From the IMG/VR virus record IMGVR_UViG_3300044953_000426, positions 2,458-66,457 of that record: a stretch of DNA of 64,000 nt. One strand, 5' to 3'. The notes beneath the pieces are model-generated. The model searched no databases. It saw nothing but the letters and a program-made list of their open reading frames with translations, and was not told the DNA's origin. The number at the start of each line of letters is the position of its first letter. Positions within the stretch are counted from its first letter, which is position 1. The translations under genes were made by a program, and so were the position numbers. This DNA is from a virus. Shown here one piece after another: positions 10,051-19,702 of the stretch.

Positions 10051-10126
10051 CTCCTTTTTGATTGCTTATTAGAGGAAGCAATATAGAATTGTAAATATTA
10101 AACTAATGAGATATTGGAGATCTCAT
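10051..10126 (-). promoter_or_regulatory. Two-hairpin 5' UTR of the scaffold/capsid operon
   Basis: AUGAGAU-cuccaau-AUCUCAU and AUUGCUU-ccucuaau-AAGCAAU, followed by AAGGAG; promoter motif at 10139-10146. Confidence 0.55.
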
Positions 10127-10174
10127 ATGGGGTTGTTTATAAATATATGAAAAGTAATCAAAGCGACAAAATAC

Positions 10175-11035
10175 TTATAATCCCGCTAACTTCTTTAAAC
10201 GAGCTATTTCTTCTTTTATATTATTTATATTTGGGGCTAAATCTTGCCAATCCTTAGCATCATCTGTTTGTGGCATAATTCCACGTTCAGGAGCACCAGG
10301 TACAGGTTGGTTTTTTTGTTGCATTTGTTCAACATTCTTCCAAATATAATTAGCTATAGCTAATTTTGTAGATTGATCTGGAGCTTCTTGTAATGGTTTT
10401 GTTTTAGCTGCTATTTTAGCAAACACTGATCTGCCTTTACCTATTCCTTTAGCTATAAATACTTGAACTATTTTAGGAGTAATTGTTTTAACAATATATA
10501 CCCTTAAAGCATCTTTACCTATTTTAAGTAAATTACTGCCTTCAACTGTAGCTGTAGGTACTTCACCTAAATCAGCTGCGATACCCAATTGAGTAGCTTT
10601 TAAAGCTTTTATTGGATTTTTTATATCAGATAAATCAATAGCTGCAATTTTAGCTTCTGGATTTAAAGCACATACTTGAGACCACCTATGATGACCATCA
10701 ATTATAAATTTACCTCCACCACCTGTGATGATACGTTTACCAGCTACAGCTATAATACCTCCTTTTAAACATATTCTAGCTGAATCAGCATTAGTCAAAG
10801 GAAATTTTAATGATTTATCTATATCAATTTCATTTTGAGTTGGTTTTAAATCACCAACTGTTGGATTTACTGAACTAAAGTTAAGTGGGTATTTATCAGA
10901 TAAAGACTTAATAGCAGCTATGAATTTAGGATCTTTAATGTTATCACCTAATTCTTTAACAAATAAAGAATAATCCATTTTAAGGAGATTCTTTAAATCT
11001 TGTTTCTCGTTTTCTTTTATAATTCTTATTCTCAT
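10175..11035 (-). CDS. ParB/Srx-like domain protein, putative internal head protein
   Basis: LKPTQ and IIDGHHRW motifs; likely start MRIRIIKE at 11035; C-terminal EEIARLKKLAGL resembles the scaffold C-terminus. Confidence 0.7.
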   Translation of the reverse strand: MRIRIIKENEKQDLKNLLKMDYSLFVKELGDNIKDPKFIAAIKSLSDKYPLNFSSVNPTVGDLKPTQNEIDIDKSLKFPLTNADSARICLKGGIIAVAGKRIITGGGGKFIIDGHHRWSQVCALNPEAKIAAIDLSDIKNPIKALKATQLGIAADLGEVPTATVEGSNLLKIGKDALRVYIVKTITPKIVQVFIAKGIGKGRSVFAKIAAKTKPLQEAPDQSTKLAIANYIWKNVEQMQQKNQPVPGAPERGIMPQTDDAKDWQDLAPNINNIKEEIARLKKLAGL

Positions 11036-11661
11036 CTTATACAACAAATACCTGTTTGTGAACAAATAATTTCTAATATTAGGTTATTTACTTTAGTGTA
11101 TTTACCAAATTGGCGTAAACCAGGTACAACACCTTCACTTAGTCCTGTTGGTCTAACAAATGCACCTTGAGTTGATGGAGTTGAAACAAAATCCCAACAT
11201 AATAATTCAAAGTCATCTTGTACTTCTACTGTACCTTCACCTAATGGTTTCACTGAACCCATACCGCGTGAAGAAATACCTACAGTAATATTATTTAAAA
11301 ATAATTCTTTTAATATATTACCACTTGGTGTGGGTAATACTTCAATATCACCCATTAAATCATTACCATCCCACCATAAATGTTTAATGTTATGGCAAAC
11401 ATTTTTTAAATTAATAATAGAAGAGTCTGGATGGTCTAATTCACCTAAAGCTCTATTTTCAGCAATTGGTCCAGCAATGTATTTTTCTACTTCACGCTCT
11501 AGTGTTTCTAAACGATATATTCTACCATTTTGATTTTTAGCTTCAGCACGTTGTACTACACCAGAAACAACCAAATTTTTAGATGGAGACAACTTTGCCT
11601 CATTTAATGAACGAGGCGAAGGTGAAAATGAATAATATTCTATTAATATTTGTTTGCTCAT
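11032..11661 (-). CDS. gp21: Prohead protease (T4 gp21, peptidase S77/U9)
   Basis: NQNGRIY, ALGELDHP, GISSRGMGS, DFVSTPS motifs. Confidence 0.95.
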   Translation of the reverse strand: MSKQILIEYYSFSPSPRSLNEAKLSPSKNLVVSGVVQRAEAKNQNGRIYRLETLEREVEKYIAGPIAENRALGELDHPDSSIINLKNVCHNIKHLWWDGNDLMGDIEVLPTPSGNILKELFLNNITVGISSRGMGSVKPLGEGTVEVQDDFELLCWDFVSTPSTQGAFVRPTGLSEGVVPGLRQFGKYTKVNNLILEIICSQTGICCIR

Positions 11662-11667
11662 TTATTC

Positions 11668-12732
11668 TTATTTGTATAAGCCAACAGCATCTTTTGTTCC
11701 TGGTATTTCAGTATATCCTTGTCCTGTTAATTCTCTTCTAGATGCTGGAGAACTAGCTACAATGAAAGTTCTTTCACTTGGTTTTCTATATATAGCTTCT
11801 TTAACTTTATTTTTCAATATTTCTTTTAGTTTAGCATGTTTATCTTTACCTTCCATAAAGAAAGAAGATGTTATTTTTCTATCTGATGGAGCTTTAGTGT
11901 TGAATAATTCAACAGCTTTGTTAACACCAATTTTATTACCTAAAACAGCTAATTTTTTATCTAAAGCAATACCACGATCATAAACACGTGGATCATCACT
12001 CATTTCATAATACCAATCATATTTAGATAGTAATGATTTAAATTCATCTTCAGCGCTCATTTGACCTTTTAATTTTTCAAATGAAGAACCTAAATCAACA
12101 CCTGGACGGAATGCTTCTTCTATATTTTCTTTAACAATTTTTTCTTTACCTTCAACACCTTTATCAGGCATTACTTTAACACCTTTAGGTTTTTTAGATC
12201 CTTCTTCTTTTTTACCTAATGAATCTTGGACATTAGATTTTTCATCTTTTTTAGCTTCTTTCTTTAAATAACCATCAGCTTTAACTTGCATACCTGATTT
12301 ATCAGTTTCAGGTGCTTTAAATTTGTATGGAGATTGTTTTTGGTTTAATAAAGTAGAATAAAAGTTAGCATCTTTATTTAAATTCTTTAACACAGTAGCT
12401 TTAGCTTTTTCAAGCGCTTCAGTACTATAATCATCCATTTCAGCTAATTCGTGTTGTAAACCATGACGATACTCATATGGATTAACTGTATCAAGAGTTA
12501 ATTCTTTTTTAGCTTCTTTAGCCTCAGTCATTATTCCAATGGCTGGAATACCAACTATAACTGGTGTCTCATCTGTTACAATACCTTTATGTTTAAGAAT
12601 AGTGATAGCATCATTATATGATGTTAAATTAGTAATCCATGGTAAATTATTATCACGTCTTACTTCATATAAGAATTTTTCACGGCTTATTTCGCCACTC
12701 TTATGTTTACGGTATAATTCTAATGTTGTCAT
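11668..12732 (-). CDS. Hypothetical head-module protein
   Basis: Long ORF in the head operon with several (I/V/M)xE sites; promoter motif 4 nt upstream. Confidence 0.7.
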   Translation of the reverse strand: MTTLELYRKHKSGEISREKFLYEVRRDNNLPWITNLTSYNDAITILKHKGIVTDETPVIVGIPAIGIMTEAKEAKKELTLDTVNPYEYRHGLQHELAEMDDYSTEALEKAKATVLKNLNKDANFYSTLLNQKQSPYKFKAPETDKSGMQVKADGYLKKEAKKDEKSNVQDSLGKKEEGSKKPKGVKVMPDKGVEGKEKIVKENIEEAFRPGVDLGSSFEKLKGQMSAEDEFKSLLSKYDWYYEMSDDPRVYDRGIALDKKLAVLGNKIGVNKAVELFNTKAPSDRKITSSFFMEGKDKHAKLKEILKNKVKEAIYRKPSERTFIVASSPASRRELTGQGYTEIPGTKDAVGLYK

Positions 12733-12743
12733 ATGTATAAATA

Positions 12744-12872
12744 TTAGCGGCCTTGACCACGATAATTTTTTTCTTTGCGGTTATGTCTGTTTGTTGATTT
12801 AGCTGCTTTACCGCTTTTACGCTTACCAAATATAACTTTACGGCTTTCTCCTTTACTGGTTGCTTTCGCCAT
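12744..12872 (-). CDS. Small basic peptide (42 aa) ending in YRGQGR
   Basis: Manual translation MAKATSKGESRKVIFGKRKSGKAAKSTNRHNRKEKNYRGQGR; fills the gap between two genes; below the ORF-track cutoff. Confidence 0.75.
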   Translation of the reverse strand: MAKATSKGESRKVIFGKRKSGKAAKSTNRHNRKEKNYRGQGR

Positions 12873-12876
12873 TATA

Positions 12877-13503
12877 TTATAATGTTTTAATTTTGCTTAC
12901 AATAAATTCAAAAATTTCCTCATCTTCAAATCCATCTTGTTTAAAATCTCTGATGATTGCTTGAGCGCCACCAACTAAAGCTTTTAAAGCAGTTTGAGGA
13001 ACTAATTCATCCATACGCTTCATAGCTTCTGGAGATAAAGCTTCTTCAGTTTTTTCTTCATTCATTCCTTTAGCCTTAATTTTAGCCGCTATGCTCATTA
13101 ATTCAGGATCAATTTGCATATCTTCATAAATTTCAGCTATAGAAGTATTTAGTTTACTAGATCCAACTTTAGATAAAGCTGATTTTAATTTACCAGCCGC
13201 ATCTTTAACAGCACCTACTATAGAATTACCAAACATAGCTAAACTAGCACCTAAAGTAAGTGTACCAGCAGTAGCTAAACCTACAACAGCATTACCTAAG
13301 TCAACTATTTCTTGACCATCACCAAATGGCTCAGCTTTTAATACATTAGCTATTTGAGGATAATTATCAATAACCCACTGGCCAATTTCTAAAGATAATT
13401 CACTACCAATATATTCATTAATAGTATCTTCTTCTCTTAATTTAGAGTAAGCTCCTAATTTATTTTCAACTAAGAATTTTTTCATGTTAAAATTGTCTGT
13501 CAT
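12877..13503 (-). CDS. Putative internal head protein with a hydrophobic Ala/Gly segment
   Basis: Leader MTDNFNMKKFLVE; AVVGLATAGTLTLGASLAMFG segment. Confidence 0.65.
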   Translation of the reverse strand: MTDNFNMKKFLVENKLGAYSKLREEDTINEYIGSELSLEIGQWVIDNYPQIANVLKAEPFGDGQEIVDLGNAVVGLATAGTLTLGASLAMFGNSIVGAVKDAAGKLKSALSKVGSSKLNTSIAEIYEDMQIDPELMSIAAKIKAKGMNEEKTEEALSPEAMKRMDELVPQTALKALVGGAQAIIRDFKQDGFEDEEIFEFIVSKIKTL

Positions 13504-13504
13504 T

Positions 13505-14347
13505 TTATTTTAGTTTTGTTGATTTTAAAAATAATTGTTTTGCACTTTCTTTAATTTGTTGGAAAGCATTTTCAGTGTATTTTTTATATTTTAAGTCTTC
13601 ACCTTCACTTAATTCAGTTTTTAAACGATCAACATATTCAAAAATACGATTGATTTCGTTCATTTTCTTTTTTATTTCTTTAACAGCTGTATGAAATTGT
13701 TCTGGTTTAGTACGAGTTTTAGTTTTATTTCTAAATTGAGCATATCCTTCTTGTAACATATCTTCATCATCATCTTTATCTTCTATTTTTACAACATCAC
13801 TTGAATGCATACTATATTCTTTACCATCACGATCCATTTCAACAGTTACAAACCCACGTTTGATATCAGTTATAGTTCCTGTCTCACTGTAAAATTCATT
13901 ACTGTAAGTTACTTTAACTCTATTATCAATATCTAATTTTGCTTCTTTAATTTCTTTTTTACCTAATGCTTTCTTTACAATTGTAATAGCATCAGTTGGT
14001 TTTAAAGCTCCCATTTCAATTGCTTTAATAAGTATTTTAATAGAGTCTTTTTCAGCACCTAATTGCTTTAAAATACCAGCTAGAGATTCATATTCACCTA
14101 CTTCCCATAATTCTTTATAATCAAAAGCTTTAGATGGGCGGTTAGGAATTGATGGAGCTAATTCACCACCAAATGTTTTAATGTAATCTTTGGCTATTTT
14201 ATTACCATTATCTTTTTTAGCAAAAGCATATTTAGTAGATACACCTTCACCTGAACCAGGAGTAACAGAAGCTCCTGTGCCAGTTGTTGACATTTCATTT
14301 TTGAGCTTCTTTTTAAGTTCTGTTCTTAATTTAATTTTGTTATCCAT
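13505..14347 (-). CDS. Hypothetical head protein with an internal KOW/SH3-like module
   Basis: RVKVTYS..TGTITDI..VTVEMD beta-barrel pattern between IKE and LQE sites. Confidence 0.65.
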   Translation of the reverse strand: MDNKIKLRTELKKKLKNEMSTTGTGASVTPGSGEGVSTKYAFAKKDNGNKIAKDYIKTFGGELAPSIPNRPSKAFDYKELWEVGEYESLAGILKQLGAEKDSIKILIKAIEMGALKPTDAITIVKKALGKKEIKEAKLDIDNRVKVTYSNEFYSETGTITDIKRGFVTVEMDRDGKEYSMHSSDVVKIEDKDDDEDMLQEGYAQFRNKTKTRTKPEQFHTAVKEIKKKMNEINRIFEYVDRLKTELSEGEDLKYKKYTENAFQQIKESAKQLFLKSTKLK

Positions 14348-15194
14348 TTACTCTTTTAATTTCTTCAGCTAATTGCTGATATTGAAGTAATGTTACTAAA
14401 TGTTCATCTTTCACAGATGACTTGTTAGAAATTGGTTTTATCAATGTTATAACTTCGTTTAACTTGATTTCAGTTGTCTTATCATCAACTTGTTTAACTA
14501 AGTTACTTAATTCAATTTTAACTTTATTAAGGTTCTCATTAATATAAACTTTAAGGTGTTCAGGGTTGGATATATTATTAATAAATTCTTTAAGTACAGC
14601 TTTTTGACGCTCACTTAATGTTGAATATTTATTGTTAAATTTATCAATTAACATTCTATAAGCTAAGATACGTACATTCTTGTCTTCTTTAGCTAATACT
14701 TGCTCAACATCTAATTCTTTATTTTCAACTAATTGTTTTTTAGTGATATGTTCCATTAAAGTAAGTTTATTAAGTACTAATTGTTTAGGCTCAACAAACT
14801 TGTTTTCCATAGCTGATTCAAATAATGTATAAGCAGCTGCTAATGGTTTGTAGTTATTAACTTTAGCTTTGAAAAAACTTTCAAGATTATAATGTTTCTT
14901 AACCTCTTTGATTAAGTTATATTTTTCCTTAAGTAATGTTTCTTTATTTAATTTTTTAGCTAAATCAACTGTTGTATTCACTAAAGCCTCAGCTTTACCT
15001 TCAGATAAACGTGGAGCTGTTAAAATAGTATGATAAAGTTTGTGTTCTTTAGCAATTTCACTGTTATGGAAGTATTTTTTTACAATTCTAACTGCTTTAG
15101 AATCAGTATTTGCTAATGTGTCTGATGCTATTTGACGCACTAATAGCTCAAATAATACACCAGTGTTACGAAATTTATTATGTTTAATACGCAT
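14340..15194 (-). CDS. Hypothetical head-assembly protein downstream of portal
   Basis: 284-aa helical ORF (IKHNKFRNTGVLFELL) in the head module. Confidence 0.7.
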   Translation of the reverse strand: MRIKHNKFRNTGVLFELLVRQIASDTLANTDSKAVRIVKKYFHNSEIAKEHKLYHTILTAPRLSEGKAEALVNTTVDLAKKLNKETLLKEKYNLIKEVKKHYNLESFFKAKVNNYKPLAAAYTLFESAMENKFVEPKQLVLNKLTLMEHITKKQLVENKELDVEQVLAKEDKNVRILAYRMLIDKFNNKYSTLSERQKAVLKEFINNISNPEHLKVYINENLNKVKIELSNLVKQVDDKTTEIKLNEVITLIKPISNKSSVKDEHLVTLLQYQQLAEEIKRVNG

Positions 15195-15230
15195 AATTTA
15201 GTATAATGATACTATTTATAAATATGTGTA

Positions 15231-17120
15231 TTATTTAATTTCGTCACGGATATTATTTTCATCCAATAAATTAGTTTCAAATAAATTTGTACGACGATTT
15301 ACTGGGATCCTATCAAACATTCCTTTATTTTTAAGATATGTTTCTAAAGCAAGTGGTGACCCACCTTTCCATTGAGTTTTAGCTAATGTGTCTTCTTGAT
15401 CTACACCAGCTGTGCTGTATGTTTTAGCACCAATTCTATCTTTACCAAATGGATTATCTTGACGATTAATATTTGAGGCTGAAGCTTTAGGGCGACCAAC
15501 TAAATGTACAGGTTCATTTGGATTTTTTTCATTATATCCAGTTGGTACAGCGCCATCACCTCTACCCTTACCATAAGCAGTAGCTAATTGAGATGGTGTA
15601 CCATATACTTGACCTGATTCATCTGGATCATTACCTTCACTTTCAATTTGAGTTAATCTAAACTTACGTTTCTTATCTTCAATAATTAAATCACGATATT
15701 CATCATATTGATCCTCACTGAAATGGAATAAGTTATCATAGATCCATTCAGTTGGTAATAAGCTATTATCCATAATGGTACCAGCTAATTCAACTTTTTC
15801 CTTCATTAAGTTAACACGCTCTTGATCATAAATGATAGAAGGTGTAGTTAATGATAAATCAAAGTTAGTTAAATTTTCACCATCATATCCCTGGCTATAT
15901 AAGTGTACTAGGGCAATTTTAGTTAACTCTGATAATAATATTCTTTGAATACGTTCTACTGTACGAGCAAATCTAATATCTTCAGCTGCTAATGTAGCTT
16001 TACCAGTTAAATCTTTCTCATAACCCATGAATGCTTTAGGAATCTTAAGAGCAGCAAATAATTTGTCTCTTAAGTAAGCAACGTCTTCAATACCATTGTA
16101 TTCTAAACCTTTAGCTGATTCAATACGAGTAGTCTGATCATTTCCTCTTACTGGTATGTAAAAGTCTTCCATCATATTCATCATATTGAATTTCAAGTTA
16201 TATTGACCTGTTTGAGGATCAACATAAGGTACTTTCTTAAGTTTTTGAACTGTTTTTTGCATAAATGCTTCTACCTCATTTGGAGGAATAGCACCTACAT
16301 TCATATAGAAAATACGTTTCTCAGGAGCGCGAACAATACGATGAATTAACATCGCATCTTCCATTAATACCATTTGTTTGAAAATTTTACGACCTGGCTC
16401 TAAATAGCTTCTACCATAGGGTAAATAATTAACATCACTTATTAATCTAAAGTGAGCCATTTCATAGTTTTCAAAGTGAATATCTGATGCTGAAGTACCT
16501 AAAGCGTATTGTGTTTGAGGAGCTGTAATACCAGATACTGATGTTGGGTCATATTTAAATCTTACATAAGTAGGATTTTGTGGGTTAGTACCTTCTTCTC
16601 TAATAATTGAGTAAGCTGAGAATGGTATGACATTATATATACCAAATTTCTCAGCTATTTCTAATTTAAGATAAAAGTCACCATACTTACACATATTACG
16701 AGCCCAACTCCATAAATTAAATTCAATATTTAATACATCATAAAATAGATTGTATAATATTTTTTGAATATTTTCATCACTAGAACGAATATGGAGCATT
16801 TCACCATGCTCATTTTTCAAAGTACATTCATCAGCTATAATATCAAGTGCTGAGGCTACAATAGCATCAGTGTCCATTGATTCATAATCTGTATAAAGTT
16901 GTATTCTTAATGTTTGGTAATTATAAACATTGTTAATATTGTAAATACCAGCACCAGATGTTGTGTAAATTTTAGTAAATCGGTCTACAAGTGCATTAGT
17001 TTGTAAAGTACCTAATGACTGTATTCGATCTGTATCAATTACTCTTAACTCATCACCACCTATATTACGAATAATAACATCTGAAGAGAATAATCGTTTT
17101 AGATTGTCAAATAATCCCAT
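15231..17120 (-). CDS. gp20: Portal protein (T4 gp20 family)
   Basis: MEDAMLIHRIVRAPEKRIFY, EDFYIP, LFAALKIP, EDIRFAR motifs. Confidence 0.95.
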   Translation of the reverse strand: MGLFDNLKRLFSSDVIIRNIGGDELRVIDTDRIQSLGTLQTNALVDRFTKIYTTSGAGIYNINNVYNYQTLRIQLYTDYESMDTDAIVASALDIIADECTLKNEHGEMLHIRSSDENIQKILYNLFYDVLNIEFNLWSWARNMCKYGDFYLKLEIAEKFGIYNVIPFSAYSIIREEGTNPQNPTYVRFKYDPTSVSGITAPQTQYALGTSASDIHFENYEMAHFRLISDVNYLPYGRSYLEPGRKIFKQMVLMEDAMLIHRIVRAPEKRIFYMNVGAIPPNEVEAFMQKTVQKLKKVPYVDPQTGQYNLKFNMMNMMEDFYIPVRGNDQTTRIESAKGLEYNGIEDVAYLRDKLFAALKIPKAFMGYEKDLTGKATLAAEDIRFARTVERIQRILLSELTKIALVHLYSQGYDGENLTNFDLSLTTPSIIYDQERVNLMKEKVELAGTIMDNSLLPTEWIYDNLFHFSEDQYDEYRDLIIEDKKRKFRLTQIESEGNDPDESGQVYGTPSQLATAYGKGRGDGAVPTGYNEKNPNEPVHLVGRPKASASNINRQDNPFGKDRIGAKTYSTAGVDQEDTLAKTQWKGGSPLALETYLKNKGMFDRIPVNRRTNLFETNLLDENNIRDEIK

Positions 17121-17150
17121 AGTATCTTAATATATGTTATAAATATTTAT

Positions 17151-18743
17151 TTAAACTAACCAGCTAATATCCTCCATACCACCTCTACCATCATCCATTT
17201 GCCATGGACTACTTTGTTGTGGTGAGTGAGGAGAATAAAATCCACCTGGTCCTGTAGTATATGAAATTTTTCCTATGCCTCCAAGTGAAGCGCGTGTTAA
17301 GTCCATACCTGTTTGAGAAAATTTTAAAGCTGTGTCACGTAAAAACATACCAATACCAAAAGACATTACAAGATCATCATTGTACCCGTCATTGGCTTGT
17401 GCTTTACCATTCTTCCAAACAAATGTTCTTAACTCTTCCAATGTTCTGCGTGATTGGATAATACAGGCTCTATCTCTCATGTAAGCTTCTAACTTGGCAA
17501 CCACAAGAGGTCTAGTTTTAAGTGAGTTAGTAAAACCAGGAACTAAATTATTGTTACTTCTATTTAAGAAGTTTTCCATTGTTATGTTTGCTGTGTCTGA
17601 CTTAGCTGAGTAGTACAAGTTTTGGTAACCTCTTTCTATTACAGTTTGAATTGTGTCCCATCCTATGTTTGCATTTTCAATCACTAACAAAGCATTATTC
17701 CATTCAGTGGCAATAGATACAAGCATGTGTCCATAGTCACGAGTACCAACTTGTCCTTTGTACTCTTCTACTTGTTTAGCTTCATTTATATCAATAACAT
17801 GACAAGCTGAATAGTCCTTACCATCACCTCTGGCCACGTCAGCTACAACCATATATTGTTTTGTATAATCTGGAAATTCCCAACGCCATAAGTTACCATC
17901 AAAACCACCTTTTGATATAGGATCTGTTTGATATGTTTGAATATAAAAGTTTAAAATATCAGGTTCAATAACTGTATCACCTGATGTTGTAAAGTCACAA
18001 TCACACTCTTGGGCAGCGTTACGAATTCCTAAAATGGCATCTTGCTCATCTCTCCATTTTTGAGTTCGTTCTGGATGTACATTCCAAGGTAATTTTAAAG
18101 ATACAAATCCATTATTACCTTCTTCACCACCAATAAATGTTTTATGGAACCAGTTACCTGTACCATATGGAGTTGAAATAGCAATACATTGACCACCAGT
18201 GGCTAAAGTTTGTTGAGCAGAGGAAAATATCTCATCTATACCTTCAATAAAAGCAGCCTCATCTAGTAACAGTAATGATACAGCTTCAGATCTACCTGCG
18301 TCTCCAGTAGCACCAATTGCTTTAATCTGAGATCCGTTTATTAATTTTAGACTTAATTTATTGTTTTCTGAAGTATTTATTTTAAGCCAGCTGGGTAGAT
18401 TATCATAGGCAAATTTTACTTTGGTGACCATGTTTTTGGCTGTTTCCTGCTTAGTAGCTATACACAATACATTCTTATCTCTTTGAAATAACATTAACCA
18501 AAATGAGTAAGCTGATACAAGTGTTGATATACCTAACTGTCTTGATTTATTTACAACAAGATATCTGTTTTTTTTAAACTGATGTAATACACCTTCTTGA
18601 AATGGATATAAATTAAATTGAATACGACCACGCTGTGGGTGTTGAATCCAATAATATTTCTTCATGAAATAAACAGGATCAGTAGCACATTTGACATATT
18701 CCTGTTTAATAATATCTTTAATGTTTTGTTGTTGATCACTCAT
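17151..18743 (-). CDS. gp17: Terminase large subunit
   Basis: KSRQLGIST Walker A, LLLLDEAAF Walker B, STPYG, VADVARG and DDLVMS nuclease motifs. Confidence 0.95.
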   Translation of the reverse strand: MSDQQQNIKDIIKQEYVKCATDPVYFMKKYYWIQHPQRGRIQFNLYPFQEGVLHQFKKNRYLVVNKSRQLGISTLVSAYSFWLMLFQRDKNVLCIATKQETAKNMVTKVKFAYDNLPSWLKINTSENNKLSLKLINGSQIKAIGATGDAGRSEAVSLLLLDEAAFIEGIDEIFSSAQQTLATGGQCIAISTPYGTGNWFHKTFIGGEEGNNGFVSLKLPWNVHPERTQKWRDEQDAILGIRNAAQECDCDFTTSGDTVIEPDILNFYIQTYQTDPISKGGFDGNLWRWEFPDYTKQYMVVADVARGDGKDYSACHVIDINEAKQVEEYKGQVGTRDYGHMLVSIATEWNNALLVIENANIGWDTIQTVIERGYQNLYYSAKSDTANITMENFLNRSNNNLVPGFTNSLKTRPLVVAKLEAYMRDRACIIQSRRTLEELRTFVWKNGKAQANDGYNDDLVMSFGIGMFLRDTALKFSQTGMDLTRASLGGIGKISYTTGPGGFYSPHSPQQSSPWQMDDGRGGMEDISWLV

Positions 18744-18757
18744 ATATATAAATATAT

Positions 18758-18789
18758 AAAAGAAGCCTAACCTTATTGGTTAAGCCTTA
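18758..18789 (-). terminator. Intrinsic terminator
   Basis: GGCUUAACC-aauaa-GGUUAGGCU followed by UCUUUU on the minus strand. Confidence 0.6.
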
Positions 18790-18929
18790 GTACATGGGAT
18801 TGTAAGGATCTTATTTACAGCGATATGGTTGATGTTTATTATGATGTTTACATTCACCACAACAAACTTGTTGTCTCATAGCAACATGTTGAAAACCTGG
18901 TCTGCAATTAAAAGTTGTTTTATATTGTT

Positions 18930-19325
18930 TTATTTAGTAAAATATAAATAGCCTAATCCACCTACAATAGCTGTACCTAACAGGCGAGTGAAGATAAGTT
19001 TAGCTTTTAATTTCTTATTATCTTTTCTTAATTGATCAACCCATTTTTGTTGAGCATCAAATTTTAACTGTTCATTTTTAATATGATCTTCATACATCAA
19101 ACCTTTTTGAACATGTCCTGATATAATATTATTTTTTAATGTTACTTTTTTTTCTAATAATGTAACATTTTCATTACATAATTTTAATTCGGCTTTAGCA
19201 CTATCACCACTAATTAAATCTTTAATAATTTGTTTAGCAACATAAGTTGGAATGTGTACTGTGTCTTGTGTTTGAGCATTACCAAATACAGGTAACAACA
19301 TCAATATGATTAAAATATATTTCAT
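18930..19325 (-). CDS. Secreted/membrane coiled-coil protein, possible spanin component
   Basis: N-terminal signal peptide, coiled coil and C-terminal hydrophobic helix. Confidence 0.5.
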   Translation of the reverse strand: MKYILIILMLLPVFGNAQTQDTVHIPTYVAKQIIKDLISGDSAKAELKLCNENVTLLEKKVTLKNNIISGHVQKGLMYEDHIKNEQLKFDAQQKWVDQLRKDNKKLKAKLIFTRLLGTAIVGGLGYLYFTK

Positions 19326-19702
19326 TAGTATCCGTATTTAGCTTTAAAAAATGAGTCTACTTGAGTTGGAGTGTATTGATTTACTTGTTGTCCAACTTCA
19401 TGATAATACTCTCTAATAATAGTTGTTTTTTCTTTAATATTGTCTACTTGATTATTAATCTGATTAATTTCTTCTTCATAAACAGCAATTGTACTATCAA
19501 TTTGTTTTTGATATTTAATTAATTGCTTATTAACTGTTGTCAATGAGTCAATAGTAGCCTTAATATTAGCGGGCATGCCTTGCTTAGATGTAACTAATAG
19601 AATAAATAAGTATAAAAATATAACTCCTCCTATAGCAATAAATATTTTTCTGATGGTTTTAGAGTTCTTCTTCACCATCAATTTCAATGTCTTTATCATC
19701 AA
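19325..19702 (-). CDS. Inner-membrane coiled-coil protein, i-spanin-like (start may be 19678)
   Basis: N-terminal TM helix followed by a coiled coil; coupled to the next gene. Confidence 0.5.
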   Translation of the reverse strand: MMIKTLKLMVKKNSKTIRKIFIAIGGVIFLYLFILLVTSKQGMPANIKATIDSLTTVNKQLIKYQKQIDSTIAVYEEEINQINNQVDNIKEKTTIIREYYHEVGQQVNQYTPTQVDSFFKAKYGY

